A stretch of DNA of 64,000 bases from Sporichthyaceae bacterium (GCA_031365725.1 JANLYQ010000072.1:16489-80488), one strand, 5' to 3'; counted from the first letter of the stretch, positions 53,661 to 63,443 are shown. Made by a program: numbers and translations. Notes: generated by a model from the letters alone, not told the origin.

Positions 53661-53711
53661 GAAGTGGACCGGAGCAGTGGCGGGACCTGCTCCACTCCTC
53701 CGGTCCACTTC
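53661..53711. repeat. 51-bp hairpin-forming repeat element, copy 2 (GAAGTGGACCGG ... CCGGTCCACTTC); possible bidirectional terminator
   Basis: gaagtggaccggagcagtggcgggacctgctccactcctccggtccacttc; perfect 12-nt inverted arms. Shares the GAAGTGGACCGG and CCACTCCTCCGGTCCA blocks with copy 1. Lies between convergent genes. Confidence 0.6.
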
Positions 53712-53726
53712 GGCGAGAGGGGCCGG

Positions 53727-54881
53727 CTAGAGGCCGAGGTCGCGGGCGATGAGCATCCGCTGCACCTCGGAGGTGCCCTCGCCGATCTCGAGGATCTTCG
53801 AGTCCCGCCACATCCGAGCGACGGGGTACTCATTCATGAAGCCATAGCCACCATGTACCTGGGTGGCCTCGCGTGCGTTGGTGACCGCAACCTCCGAGGA
53901 GTACAGCTTGGCGATCGCGGCCTGGCGCTTGAACGGCTCGCCGCGCAGCATCCGGCCGGCCGCGTCGTAGTAGGACAGCCGAGCCGTGTGTGCCCGCACC
54001 TCCATGTCGGCGATCTTGAAGGCGATGGCCTGGTTGGCCCCGATCGGCCGGCCGAACGCCTCCCGCTCGCCTGCGTAGCGCACCGACTCGTCGAGACACC
54101 CTTGCGCCAGCCCGGTCGCGAGCGCGGCGATAGCGATGCGTCCCTCGTCCAGGATCGAGAGGAACTGCGCATAGCCGCGACCTTCGTCGCCGAGGAGGTT
54201 CCCGACCGGCACGTGTACGTCGACCAGCGAGAGCTCCCGGGTGTCGGAGGCGTTCCAGCCGACCTTGCTGTACTTCGGGGCAACCGTCAGCCCCGGAGTG
54301 CCCGCGGGCACGATCACCGTGGAGATCTGCGGTCGCCCGTCATCGTCCACGCCCGTGATGGCGGTGACCGTCACCAGTCCGGTGATGTCGGTGCCCGAGT
54401 TGGTGATGAACGCCTTGGTGCCGTTGATGATCCATTCGGAGCCGTCGGGAGAACGCCTGGCCGTCGTGCGGGTGCCGCCGGCATCGGACCCGGCGCCAGG
54501 CTCGGTCAGCCCGAACGCACCGAGCAGCTCGCCGGTGCACAGTCGCGGCAGCCACTCACTCTTCTGCTCCACCGTCCCGAAGCGGAAGATCGGCATGGCG
54601 CCGAGGGAGACGCCGGCCTCGAGCGTGATCGCCACCGACGAGTCGACCCGCGCGAGCTCCTCCAACGCGATGCACAGGGCGAAGTAGTCCCCGCCCATGC
54701 CGCCGTACTCCTCGGGGAAGGGCAGCCCGAACAGCCCCATCTCCCCCATCTGGCGCACGATGTCGTACGGGAACTCCTCGCGCTCGTAGAAGCCGCCGAT
54801 CACCGGCGCCACCACCTCGCGGGCAAACTCCCGCACCGTCGACCGCAACGCCTGCAGGTCCTCACTCAGTGGTTCGCTCAC
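53727..54881 (-). CDS. acyl-CoA dehydrogenase (isovaleryl-CoA dehydrogenase-like; leucine catabolism context)
   Basis: ACAD signatures GLTEPGAGSDA, GTKAFITNSG, QVHGGYGFMNEYPVARMWRDSKILEIGEGTSEVQ. GTG start at 54879-54881 preceded by GGGAGG SD (5-nt spacer). The track's ATG at 54947 adds 22 aa. Confidence 0.85.
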   Translation of the reverse strand: MSEPLSEDLQALRSTVREFAREVVAPVIGGFYEREEFPYDIVRQMGEMGLFGLPFPEEYGGMGGDYFALCIALEELARVDSSVAITLEAGVSLGAMPIFRFGTVEQKSEWLPRLCTGELLGAFGLTEPGAGSDAGGTRTTARRSPDGSEWIINGTKAFITNSGTDITGLVTVTAITGVDDDGRPQISTVIVPAGTPGLTVAPKYSKVGWNASDTRELSLVDVHVPVGNLLGDEGRGYAQFLSILDEGRIAIAALATGLAQGCLDESVRYAGEREAFGRPIGANQAIAFKIADMEVRAHTARLSYYDAAGRMLRGEPFKRQAAIAKLYSSEVAVTNAREATQVHGGYGFMNEYPVARMWRDSKILEIGEGTSEVQRMLIARDLGL

Positions 54882-54907
54882 GTGCGCCTCCCGACAATTG
54901 TCGCGTC

Positions 54908-54950
54908 GATGTGTCACGAAACCGGCACAGATGCGCTGACGTGTCACGTC
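54908..54950. promoter_or_regulatory. two copies of TGTGTCACG core, 30 bp apart, the second a perfect 6-1-6 palindrome GACGTGTCACGTC; candidate operator in the ACAD/GtrA divergent region
   Basis: gatgtgtcacgaa (54908-54920) and gacgtgtcacgtc (54938-54950), 30-70 nt upstream of the ACAD GTG start. Confidence 0.35.
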
Positions 54951-55002
54951 CTACGTCCGTCATGGTGCCACGGACCGACCCGCGAGCACCCGTCCCACCC
55001 TG

Positions 55003-55554
55003 GTGACGCGCGTCGCTAGGCTCGTGAGTCGTGACCTCTGCCGCAGCGACCCGCTCGTGAAGCCGCTGCTGGCGGCCTACTACCGGCTGGGCCATCTCGT
55101 CCGTGAGCTGATGAAGTTCGGCGTGGTCGGCGGCATCGCCTTCCTCGTCGACATCGGGCTGTTCAACCTCGTGCTGCACCTGACCGACAAGCCGCTGACA
55201 TCCAAGACGGTCTCGACCGTGGTCGCGACCACCGTCGCCTATGTCGGCAACCGGCACTGGACGTTCCGCAACCGCGGCCGGTCGGCGGTCAAGCGCGAGT
55301 ACTCGCTGTTCTTCCTGCTCAACGCCCTGGGTCTGGGCATCGCCCTGGCCTGTCTGGCCGTGTCGCACTACCTGCTCGGCTTCACCGGTCGGCTGGCCGA
55401 CAACATCGCGGCCAACGGCGTGGGGCTGGTCCTCGGCACGGCGTTCCGGTTCTGGTCCTACCGGCGCTACGACTTCACCCACCCCGAACAGGCGGTCCAG
55501 CCCGTCGCCACCGACGAGGTCGCTGCTAGCGCGGACCCGCCCCAGCAGCACTGA
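55003..55554 (+). CDS. GtrA family membrane protein (polysaccharide synthesis/translocation accessory)
   Basis: KFGVVGGIAFLVDIGLFNLVL (GtrA N-terminal motif), four TM helices, RFWSYRRYDF C-terminal region. Confidence 0.7.
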   Translation: MTRVARLVSRDLCRSDPLVKPLLAAYYRLGHLVRELMKFGVVGGIAFLVDIGLFNLVLHLTDKPLTSKTVSTVVATTVAYVGNRHWTFRNRGRSAVKREYSLFFLLNALGLGIALACLAVSHYLLGFTGRLADNIAANGVGLVLGTAFRFWSYRRYDFTHPEQAVQPVATDEVAASADPPQQH

Positions 55555-56491
55555 GGAACAGAGCGAACATCGCCGGCCGCTGCTGCACCAGCTCGAGCCG
55601 GCCACCATCTGCCTCGGCCAGCTCGCGGGCCACTGCCAGGCCAAGACCGGTGCCCTTGCGCCCGCTCACCGAGCGCTCGAAGATCCGAGCGCCGAGCTCG
55701 GGCGGGACACCCGGCCCCTCGTCGGAGACCTCGACGACCAGCGAGATGCCGGTGGAGCGAGTAGAGACCGTGACCGTGCCCGCGCCGTGGATCAAGCTGT
55801 TCTCGAGCAAGGTGGCAAGCACCTGCGAGAGGCCGTTGGGGGTGGCGAGCGCCACCAGTCCGCGGGTGCCGACCGCGCGCACCACCCGGTGTCGCGCGGC
55901 AAACGCCGGCTCCCACTCGACCACCTGCTGCAGCACGACCTCGTCCAGCGGCACCGGACCGGCGCGCAAGTTGTTGTCCCGTACGCCGTCCAGCAGGTGC
56001 TCGACGACCGTCGCGAGCCGCTCGACCTGAGCCAGCGCACTGGCCGCCTCGTCGCGGACGGTCTGCTGGTCCTCGGCCTGCAGGATCTCCTCCAGCCGCA
56101 TCGACAACGCCGTCAGCGGCGTGCGCAGCTGGTGGGACGCGTCGCTGGCGAACTGTCTTTCGGCGGCGATCAGCCGGTCGATGCGATCACCGCTGCGGTC
56201 AAGCAGGTCGGCGACCCGGTCCACCTCCGGCAGGCCGGACGCCGCGAACGGCAAGCGCTTCTGGCCGGATCCGAGCGCCTCGGCCCGACGCTGCAGACCG
56301 TCCAGCGGGCCGGTGACCATGCGCGCCTGCAGCACACCCACGGCGATCGCACCACCCGCAGCCACAAGTGCGGTCACGACAGCAGCGCTGATGATCGTGC
56401 TGTCACCCGCGGGCCTGAGTGCCAGCAGCACGAGAGGGACGCCGACGAGCAGCGCGGCGACCAGACCGACCGAGCCGGTCATCAGGAGCAT
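55526..56491 (-). CDS. sensor histidine kinase (HisKA + HATPase_c), partner of the adjacent OmpR-type regulator
   Basis: H-box ASHQLRTPLTALSMRLE; N/G boxes LLENSLIHGAG, DEGPGVPPE, GTGLGLAVAREL; two N-terminal TM helices. ATG at 56491 chosen so as not to overlap the regulator gene; the track start is 56644. Confidence 0.75.
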   Translation of the reverse strand: MLLMTGSVGLVAALLVGVPLVLLALRPAGDSTIISAAVVTALVAAGGAIAVGVLQARMVTGPLDGLQRRAEALGSGQKRLPFAASGLPEVDRVADLLDRSGDRIDRLIAAERQFASDASHQLRTPLTALSMRLEEILQAEDQQTVRDEAASALAQVERLATVVEHLLDGVRDNNLRAGPVPLDEVVLQQVVEWEPAFAARHRVVRAVGTRGLVALATPNGLSQVLATLLENSLIHGAGTVTVSTRSTGISLVVEVSDEGPGVPPELGARIFERSVSGRKGTGLGLAVARELAEADGGRLELVQQRPAMFALFLSAAGAGPR

Positions 56492-56546
56492 GCGGTTCTT
56501 CACGGCCGACCTTGACTCTGAGATGCGGGACGCCGAGGTGCAGGAC

Positions 56547-57218
56547 TCACTCGCGTTCGAACCGGAAGCCCACGCCGCGGACAGTCGTGATGAACCGCGG
56601 ACTGGTCGCGTCGTCGCCGAGCTTCTTGCGCAGCCACGACACATGCATGTCCAACGTCTTGGTCGACCCCCACCACGCGGTGTCCCACACCTCGCGCATC
56701 AGCTGCTCGCGAGTCACGACCTTTCCGCTCTCGCGCAGCAGGACCCGCAGCAGGTCGAACTCCTTGGCGGTCAACGACAGCTCGTCGTCGCCCATCCAGA
56801 CCCGGTGCGAGTCGACGTCGATGCGGACTCCGTGGATGCCCTGGGTGATCTCGATGCTGCCCCGGCGCAGCAGGGCGCGCACCCGGGCGAGCAGCTCGGC
56901 CAGCCGGAACGGCTTGGTGACGTAGTCGTCGGCACCGGCATCGAGCCCGACCACCGTGTCGACCTCGTCGGTGCGCGCGGTCAGCACGAGCACCGGCACG
57001 CCACTGCCCTCGGTGCGCAGCCGCCGACAGACCTCGAGGCCGTCCATGCCCGGAAGCCCGATGTCGAGCACGACCAGGTCGACGGGGGTGCTGATCGCGG
57101 ACTCGAGAGCTCCGGGGCCGTCCTCGCACACCTCGACGTCATAGCCCTCACGGCGCAGCGCGCGCGCGAGCGGCTCGGAGATGGCCTGGTCGTCCTCGGC
57201 CAGAAGCACGCGCGTCAT
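56547..57218 (-). CDS. two-component response regulator, OmpR/PhoB family
   Basis: RVLLAEDDQAI, DLVVLDIGLPGMDG, LVLTARTDE, winged-helix C-terminus VRGVGFRFE. Confidence 0.9.
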   Translation of the reverse strand: MTRVLLAEDDQAISEPLARALRREGYDVEVCEDGPGALESAISTPVDLVVLDIGLPGMDGLEVCRRLRTEGSGVPVLVLTARTDEVDTVVGLDAGADDYVTKPFRLAELLARVRALLRRGSIEITQGIHGVRIDVDSHRVWMGDDELSLTAKEFDLLRVLLRESGKVVTREQLMREVWDTAWWGSTKTLDMHVSWLRKKLGDDATSPRFITTVRGVGFRFERE

Positions 57219-57277
57219 GGCCGCATCGTATTCACATCATCACTCGGTGCAGTGGTCCTTCGCGGGTATGTCGCGCC

Positions 57278-60028
57278 TCAGGACAGACCGGCGACCCGAG
57301 CTCCGACCCGACGGAGGTCACGGACCCGGTGCTCGTACGTCGCGCCGCACGCCACCAGCACCAGTCCCAGTGTGCCCAAGGTCACCCACCGTGGTACCGC
57401 GCTGTAGGCCGCCGCCACGACGGGAGCCAGCTGCACCAAAGCATCGAGGGCGAGCACCACCGCACCGACCACGAGCGGGGCCTGCAGGCGACCCCGGACC
57501 CCCGCGCCGACCACGATCGCCGCGGCGACCGCCAGCAGCAGCGGGCGGAGGTCGCCGGCGTCGGTGACCGCCCGGACAAGGGAAGGACCGAGGCCCAGGG
57601 CCAACCCCCCGCCGTAGGACCGCCAGGACGAGGCGGCCGGGTCCCGGCGCCGGCGCACGGCGCCGAGCACCAGCAGGGCGACCGCGGCCGGCACCGTGTA
57701 GGCCTCGGGCGCGTCGACGTGGGACAGGTCCAGGCGCACCCAGCTGCTGGCAGTCAGGAGCGCAGCCGACGCCCACCCCCAGCGCGGCAGCTCGAGGGCC
57801 AGCACGGCGACCGCGAGACCGACCGCGAGCAGAGCAACCCAGAGCCGATCCGGGTCCTGCGCTGCCCCCACCAACGCGGGCAGTGCAGCCGCACCGGCTG
57901 CGATCTGCGCGAGCCGCGCCAGCCCGTCGAGCCGGACGACGCCGTCCCACCCGCCGAGGTGCGCGAGCGACACCAGAGCGATCAGCACGGCAGCAACGAC
58001 GGCCGCCGCGAGCCCACAGCTGCCCCAGGTGGCCGAGGCCCCCGACCAGCGGGTCACTGCCCCGGCGTCGGCCACCACCGCCACGGTCGCCACCGGCACG
58101 GCCGCGGCGCGCACGACCGCTCCGAGCCGGTCCCCTCGGATCGCACCCGGAGTCGCCGCAACGGCGAAGGCGAGAGCAACCACCACCAGCAAACCCAGGG
58201 TCAGGGACCAGGTGGCCGGCCAGCCCGCGCCGAGGTGGCGGGCCACGGCGGCAGCCCACGCGAGGGCGACCAGAGCAGCCGCGACGACGAGCACCAGTCG
58301 CCAGGTGCGCAACGCGTCGGACGCGCGCGCCGCGACCGCGCCGACCAGCAGCGCGCCGACGGCAGCCGGCAGGGTGGCAAGGGTCGCGGACTCCGCAGCC
58401 AGTGACCAGCCGAGGGTGAGGACAAGCAGCACGGCACCGGACCCGAGCAGGCTCCGCCCCACCGCCACCCGCCCCCGTCCATCGAGCAACCCACCGACTC
58501 CGAGCCCGGCCGCCGCGAGGGCGACCAGAGCGCCCAGCGCCACGCTGTACGACGATCCGACCGCGCCCGGCAGCAAGGCAAGCCCACCGACGAGCGCCGG
58601 CAGACCCAGTACCGGCCCGAGGCGTGCCAGCAGACGCGGCAGCAACGGTCGCCCGGGCACCCCCGGGCCGAGCAGCAACCCGGCTCCGAGGATGCCGAGC
58701 AGTGCGGCGCCTGGCCCATGCGCACCGACGGTCACCAGGTCGGCCGCCGTCGACCAGGGCTCGACACTCGCCCGCACCGCGTCGCGCAGCACGGCCGTGA
58801 GCGAGTCGACTGCTCCCAGGCAGGGCAGCAGAACGGCGACCAGAGCGACGACGGCGGGCGCCGGGCGACGCCTGGACGGCACCAGCAGCGCAGCAGCCAG
58901 CAGCACCAGGGCTGACCCGGCGAATGCCACGGGCGACCACGGCCCGCTGCTGCGGTCGTCGACCGGCGCCCACACCGCCAACACCAGCAAGCCGACTGCG
59001 GCGACGTCGCCGAGTCCGACGAGCGCGGGGGCGACCTTGCGGGCGGCGAGCACGGTGCCGGCAGCAGCAGCACAGCCCGCGAGGACCAGGAGCAGCACAG
59101 TGCCCGACAGCAGCGAACCATCCTCGGCAAAAGCCGCGGCGGCGGCGAGGGCCGACGCGACCACCATCGAGGACAGGCCACCCACACCCAGGACCACCCG
59201 CACCGCGCCCAGACCGGACCCGCGGACCGGCATCCAGAGCACGGCGGCCGCGGCCAGCAGCACCTGTGCGGTCATCGCCGCACCGAGGACGGCGATCGGG
59301 TGGTCGGCATGCTGGGCGAACGACACACCGAGCAGCGGCACGGGCAGCAACCCCAGCACGGCGGTCGAGACCAACAGGGTGCGACTGGGCACTGCGCGCG
59401 ACAGGGCGACAGCGCCGAGGGCCACCACGGCCGTAGCGCCGGCCCAGTAGGCCGCCCCGTCGACGTGGTCCGACCCCGCCAGTCCCGAGGCTCGCGCGCC
59501 GTAGCCGTCGAGCACGCCGAGGCACACGGTCAGCAGCGAGAGCCACTCCGCGGTGGTGCTGAGACCACGTCGGTGCGTGCCGTACGCCGACAGCCCGGCG
59601 GTCACCGTCGCTCCGGCCATCACGGCAGAGCGACCGCCGACCCCGAGGCGGTCCCAGGAGACGACGAGGAAGACGACAGCAGCCACGGCCAGCAGCCCGA
59701 CACCCAGGGCCAGCAACAGGTTCTGCACCTTGCGGCGGGACATCTCGGGGTCCCGGGCGGGACGGGGCACAACGGGAACGTCGACCGGGACAGCGGCCGC
59801 CGGTGGCGCGCCCACCTCGGACCGAAGCGCGACGATCAGCTGCTCGCGGGTGCGCAGCAAGGCTGCAGCCTGCACCGACACGTCCCACAACCGGCTGGCA
59901 GCGGGTCCGGTCAGGTCGATGCCGCAGGACGGGCAGCGGCCGCTGGCGGCACGCAGGTCGAAGGCGCAGGACGGGCACCGGGTGGGATCGTCCAGCGGGG
60001 GCAACGACGGAGGTTGCTGACTCGTCAT
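57278..60028 (-). CDS. large polytopic membrane protein with N-terminal double zinc-ribbon (SCO7613-C-terminal-domain-like)
   Basis: RCPSCAFDL...GRCPSCGIDL at the N-terminus, then 25 or more hydrophobic helices over ~800 aa, Ala/Leu/Val rich. Confidence 0.65.
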   Translation of the reverse strand: MTSQQPPSLPPLDDPTRCPSCAFDLRAASGRCPSCGIDLTGPAASRLWDVSVQAAALLRTREQLIVALRSEVGAPPAAAVPVDVPVVPRPARDPEMSRRKVQNLLLALGVGLLAVAAVVFLVVSWDRLGVGGRSAVMAGATVTAGLSAYGTHRRGLSTTAEWLSLLTVCLGVLDGYGARASGLAGSDHVDGAAYWAGATAVVALGAVALSRAVPSRTLLVSTAVLGLLPVPLLGVSFAQHADHPIAVLGAAMTAQVLLAAAAVLWMPVRGSGLGAVRVVLGVGGLSSMVVASALAAAAAFAEDGSLLSGTVLLLVLAGCAAAAGTVLAARKVAPALVGLGDVAAVGLLVLAVWAPVDDRSSGPWSPVAFAGSALVLLAAALLVPSRRRPAPAVVALVAVLLPCLGAVDSLTAVLRDAVRASVEPWSTAADLVTVGAHGPGAALLGILGAGLLLGPGVPGRPLLPRLLARLGPVLGLPALVGGLALLPGAVGSSYSVALGALVALAAAGLGVGGLLDGRGRVAVGRSLLGSGAVLLVLTLGWSLAAESATLATLPAAVGALLVGAVAARASDALRTWRLVLVVAAALVALAWAAAVARHLGAGWPATWSLTLGLLVVVALAFAVAATPGAIRGDRLGAVVRAAAVPVATVAVVADAGAVTRWSGASATWGSCGLAAAVVAAVLIALVSLAHLGGWDGVVRLDGLARLAQIAAGAAALPALVGAAQDPDRLWVALLAVGLAVAVLALELPRWGWASAALLTASSWVRLDLSHVDAPEAYTVPAAVALLVLGAVRRRRDPAASSWRSYGGGLALGLGPSLVRAVTDAGDLRPLLLAVAAAIVVGAGVRGRLQAPLVVGAVVLALDALVQLAPVVAAAYSAVPRWVTLGTLGLVLVACGATYEHRVRDLRRVGARVAGLS

Positions 60029-60084
60029 GAGGTGATCATCGGCGGGTGACCGGCTCAGCAGTACCCGTACGCGTACTCATCTAC

Positions 60085-61632
60085 TCAGACCGGCGTGACA
60101 CCATGGCGGCGGCGGGAGAACGACCGGTCCTTGCTACGGGCCGCCTGCAGCCGCCGCACGAGCTCGCCGCGCAGTGCCCGCGGCTCGACGACGTCGTCGA
60201 CCACGAGCTCCGAGGCGAGACGCATGAGGTCGATGTCCTCGTCGTACTCCCGGCGCTTCTCGGCGACGAACGCCGCCCGCTCCGTCTCGTGGTCGATCGC
60301 GGCGATCTTGTTGGCGTAGACCGCGTTGACCGCGGCCTCGGCACCCATCACGGCGATCTTCGCCGTCGGCAGCGCCAACGTGGCGTCCGGCTCGAACCCG
60401 GGGCCGGCCATGGCATAGAGCCCTGCTCCGTAGGCCTTGCGCACGATGACGCACATCTTGGGCACCGTCGCCTCGGACACCGCGGTGATCATCTTGGCGC
60501 CGTGCCTGATGATGCCTTGCTTCTCGACCACGGAGCCCACCATGAAGCCGGGCACGTCGGAGAGGAACACCAGTGGCACGTTGAACGCATCACAGAGCTG
60601 GATGAACCGCGCCGCCTTGTCCGCGGAGTCGACGAACAGCACGCCACCCTTGAACATCGAGTTGTTCCCGAGCACCCCGACCACCTCACCGTCGAGACGG
60701 CCGAAGCCAACGGTCAGCTCGCGCGCCCACAGTGCCTGCACCTCGAGGAACGACCCCTCGTCGAGCAGACCCTTGACATAGCGGCGCATGTCGAAGGCCT
60801 GCCGGTCGCTGGCCGGCACCAGAGCAGCGAGGTCGACGTCCGGCGCGTGCCGCGGCTCGACCGCGGGCGGTCGGCCCTCCCAGCTCGAGGGCAGGTAGGA
60901 CAGGTAGGCGCGCACGGTGTCCAACGCCTCCGCCTCGGTGCCGACGAGGAAGTGCCCGACCCCGGACTCGGCGCAGTGCACCCGCGCCCCGCCCATCGCC
61001 TCGAGGGTGGTCTTCTCCCCCGTCACCATCTCGACCATCCGGTCCGACCCGAGGTACATCGACGCGTTGCCCTCGACCATGACCACGACGTCGCAGAACG
61101 CCGGGATGTAGGCACCGCCCGCCGCGGACGGGCCGAACAGCGCGCACACCTGCGGGATCGAGCCACTCGCCCGCACCTGGTTCCAGAAGATCTTGCCCGC
61201 ACCGCGGCGGCCGGGGAAGAGGTCGACCTGGTCGGTGATGCGGGCGCCGGCCGAGTCGACGAGATAGACCATCGGGACCCCGGTGCGATAGGCCGTCTCG
61301 ATGATCCGGATGATCTTCTCGACCGTACGAGCGCCCCACGAGCCGGCCTTCACGGTCGAGTCGTTGGCCATCAGGGCGATCGGCCGGCCGTCGAGGGTCG
61401 CGGTGCCGGTGATGACCCCGTCGGCGGGCAGGTCGGCCGCACTGGCGTTGGCGAAGGCGCCGTCCTCGACGAGGGACCCCTCGTCGATCAGCAACCGCAC
61501 CCGCTCGCGCGCGAAGAGCTTTCCCTTGGCGGCGTTGGCGTCGTGGTAGCGCACAGCACCGCCGGCCTCGACCCGGGCGCGCACGTCGCGCGGTTCCGGG
61601 TGGGTCGGCTCTGGTGGGTCGGCGTGTGACAC
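60085..61632 (-). CDS. acyl-CoA carboxylase beta subunit (carboxyltransferase; methylcrotonyl-/propionyl-CoA carboxylase-type)
   Basis: Carboxyl_trans motifs GTATLDGRPIALMANDSTVKAGSWG, VYLVDSAGARI, PQVCALFGPSAAGGAYIPAF, FKGGVLFVDSADKAARFIQLCDAFNVPLVFLSDVPGF. Confidence 0.9.
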   Translation of the reverse strand: MSHADPPEPTHPEPRDVRARVEAGGAVRYHDANAAKGKLFARERVRLLIDEGSLVEDGAFANASAADLPADGVITGTATLDGRPIALMANDSTVKAGSWGARTVEKIIRIIETAYRTGVPMVYLVDSAGARITDQVDLFPGRRGAGKIFWNQVRASGSIPQVCALFGPSAAGGAYIPAFCDVVVMVEGNASMYLGSDRMVEMVTGEKTTLEAMGGARVHCAESGVGHFLVGTEAEALDTVRAYLSYLPSSWEGRPPAVEPRHAPDVDLAALVPASDRQAFDMRRYVKGLLDEGSFLEVQALWARELTVGFGRLDGEVVGVLGNNSMFKGGVLFVDSADKAARFIQLCDAFNVPLVFLSDVPGFMVGSVVEKQGIIRHGAKMITAVSEATVPKMCVIVRKAYGAGLYAMAGPGFEPDATLALPTAKIAVMGAEAAVNAVYANKIAAIDHETERAAFVAEKRREYDEDIDLMRLASELVVDDVVEPRALRGELVRRLQAARSKDRSFSRRRHGVTPV

Positions 61633-61690
61633 GGGGCACCTCAGACGGGGCGGGACTGTCAGGACGCGGCGAGCCTAGACCCGGCGCGCC

Positions 61691-63421
61691 TCACCCTTCC
61701 GCGGATACGGCGAGCACCGGGGCCGTCAGCCCGGCGGAACCGGCCACGGGTGCCGCCGCGCCCGCCACCGCGACGGCCACCAGGGCCCGCAGCACCGGTT
61801 CGAGGTCCAGCAGCGGCAGCGATAGCCGATCCGAGTAGATCTCGACAAGCCAGGCCGACCCGCCGGACACGGTGCCGGCTGCGATGACCGCCCGGTAGCC
61901 GGCGAGCACGAGCAGCTCCTCCTCGGCCGAGTCCTGGCCGGGGACGTCACGCTCGACGGCGTACGACGACGACTCGAGCACGGCACGTCGCGAGGCGGGA
62001 TAGTCGGCAAGGACGAAGGTCGCGCCCACCGCGCCCTTCTGGTCCCACGCCGGGTCAGCGGTCGCGGCCCGGTGCACCGAGGTGGTCACCGACACCAGCG
62101 TGGACCCGTCCGGCGGCCCGTCGGAGAGCCACCAGGCGGCGGCATCGGTGCGCTCCGAGACGTGCTCGGCGACCGCCTGCAGTCGCTCGGCCGGGCTGTG
62201 CCCGCGCATGGCGTCCAGCACAGCCAGCCCGGAGTCCAACGTGTCCGGCACGAGGGCAGGACTGCGGCCCCGGCGACGGCGGCGCACGCCCGGGATGTCG
62301 CCCTGCGCGCCGTCCAGGGGGTTGACCTGGCCCGCCACCACGGGCCGGCGCAGGCCGCCGCGTTTGGCGCGGTACTGCGCAGCGTCGGCCAGACGGAGCA
62401 GCTGCACCGGGGTGTCGATCGGACTGTCCACCGCGTCGCTCGAGGCGACGCCGCACGAGACACCCGTGCTCATCGGCTGGCTGTCGACCAGCCGGCACAG
62501 CTCGTTGGCGATCGCCTCCGCAGCCTCGGCATCGGCGCCGGTGACCACGATGCAGAACTCGTCGCCGCCGATGCGCGCGGCGAGGCTGCCGGGCACCAGA
62601 CCGCTGGCCCGGCTGACGGCTTGTCCGACCGAGTTGATCAGCCGGTCACCGGCCTCGTGGCCGAACGAGTCGTTGATCTGCTTCAGGCGGTTGATGTCCG
62701 CGAGCACGACCGACACCGGGTGAGCGCTGCCGGTGCCGGCGTCGAAGGCAGCTTCGAGCCGGTCGTCGACCGCGCGTCGGTTGGCCAGACCGGTGAGCGG
62801 GTCCTCGAAGGCGAGCCGCTCGATCCGAGCGACGTGGTCGGCCTGCACCACGCCGGTGGCGACGTGGGTGCCCACCGCGGTGGCGAAGTCGAGGTCCGCC
62901 GGGATGAACGGGGCCTGGCCGGTCGCGCGCGTCGCATACAGCGCGCCCCACACCCGGGCGTCGACGACGATCGGGACGCCGAGGCTGGAGTCCTTGTCGA
63001 GGGCGACGAGCAGGTCAGCCTCCTCGTCCCCGGAGGTGCGGTCGGCGACATAGCCCCGACGGAGCTCCACGAGGGTGTACGACTGCGGGAACTGCGTGAC
63101 GGGATAGACCTCGTCGGCCGGAAAGCGCACCTCGCCCGGGCCGAGCAGGCCGACATTGACGATGACCCGCAGCTGACCCCGCTCGCCCTCCCAGCGCAGG
63201 ATCGACAGCGAGGCCGCGTCCAGCGCCCGGCGGGCCTCCTCGGCGGTGAGCTCGATGAGGTCGTCGAAGCGGCGAGCAGCCCCGACCACCTTGGCGATGT
63301 CGAGCAGCGCCTGAAGGCGGGCCGCGTCGTCGTAGGTGCTCACGGCCTCCCACTGTGTCGCACGGGAAGGGTTCTTCGTGGCAGGTTGCCCGGATCTGGG
63401 ACATCCCTCGGGGCCGCACAC
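61691..63421 (-). CDS. GAF-domain-containing diguanylate cyclase (GGDEF)
   Basis: GGDEF domain DPLTGLANRRAVDDRLE...RIGGDEFCIVV with intact GGDEF; upstream GAF-like region(s). GTG start at 63419-63421. Confidence 0.8.
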   Translation of the reverse strand: MCGPEGCPRSGQPATKNPSRATQWEAVSTYDDAARLQALLDIAKVVGAARRFDDLIELTAEEARRALDAASLSILRWEGERGQLRVIVNVGLLGPGEVRFPADEVYPVTQFPQSYTLVELRRGYVADRTSGDEEADLLVALDKDSSLGVPIVVDARVWGALYATRATGQAPFIPADLDFATAVGTHVATGVVQADHVARIERLAFEDPLTGLANRRAVDDRLEAAFDAGTGSAHPVSVVLADINRLKQINDSFGHEAGDRLINSVGQAVSRASGLVPGSLAARIGGDEFCIVVTGADAEAAEAIANELCRLVDSQPMSTGVSCGVASSDAVDSPIDTPVQLLRLADAAQYRAKRGGLRRPVVAGQVNPLDGAQGDIPGVRRRRRGRSPALVPDTLDSGLAVLDAMRGHSPAERLQAVAEHVSERTDAAAWWLSDGPPDGSTLVSVTTSVHRAATADPAWDQKGAVGATFVLADYPASRRAVLESSSYAVERDVPGQDSAEEELLVLAGYRAVIAAGTVSGGSAWLVEIYSDRLSLPLLDLEPVLRALVAVAVAGAAAPVAGSAGLTAPVLAVSAEG

Positions 63422-63443
63422 CCGATCACGCCGGCCCGACCCC

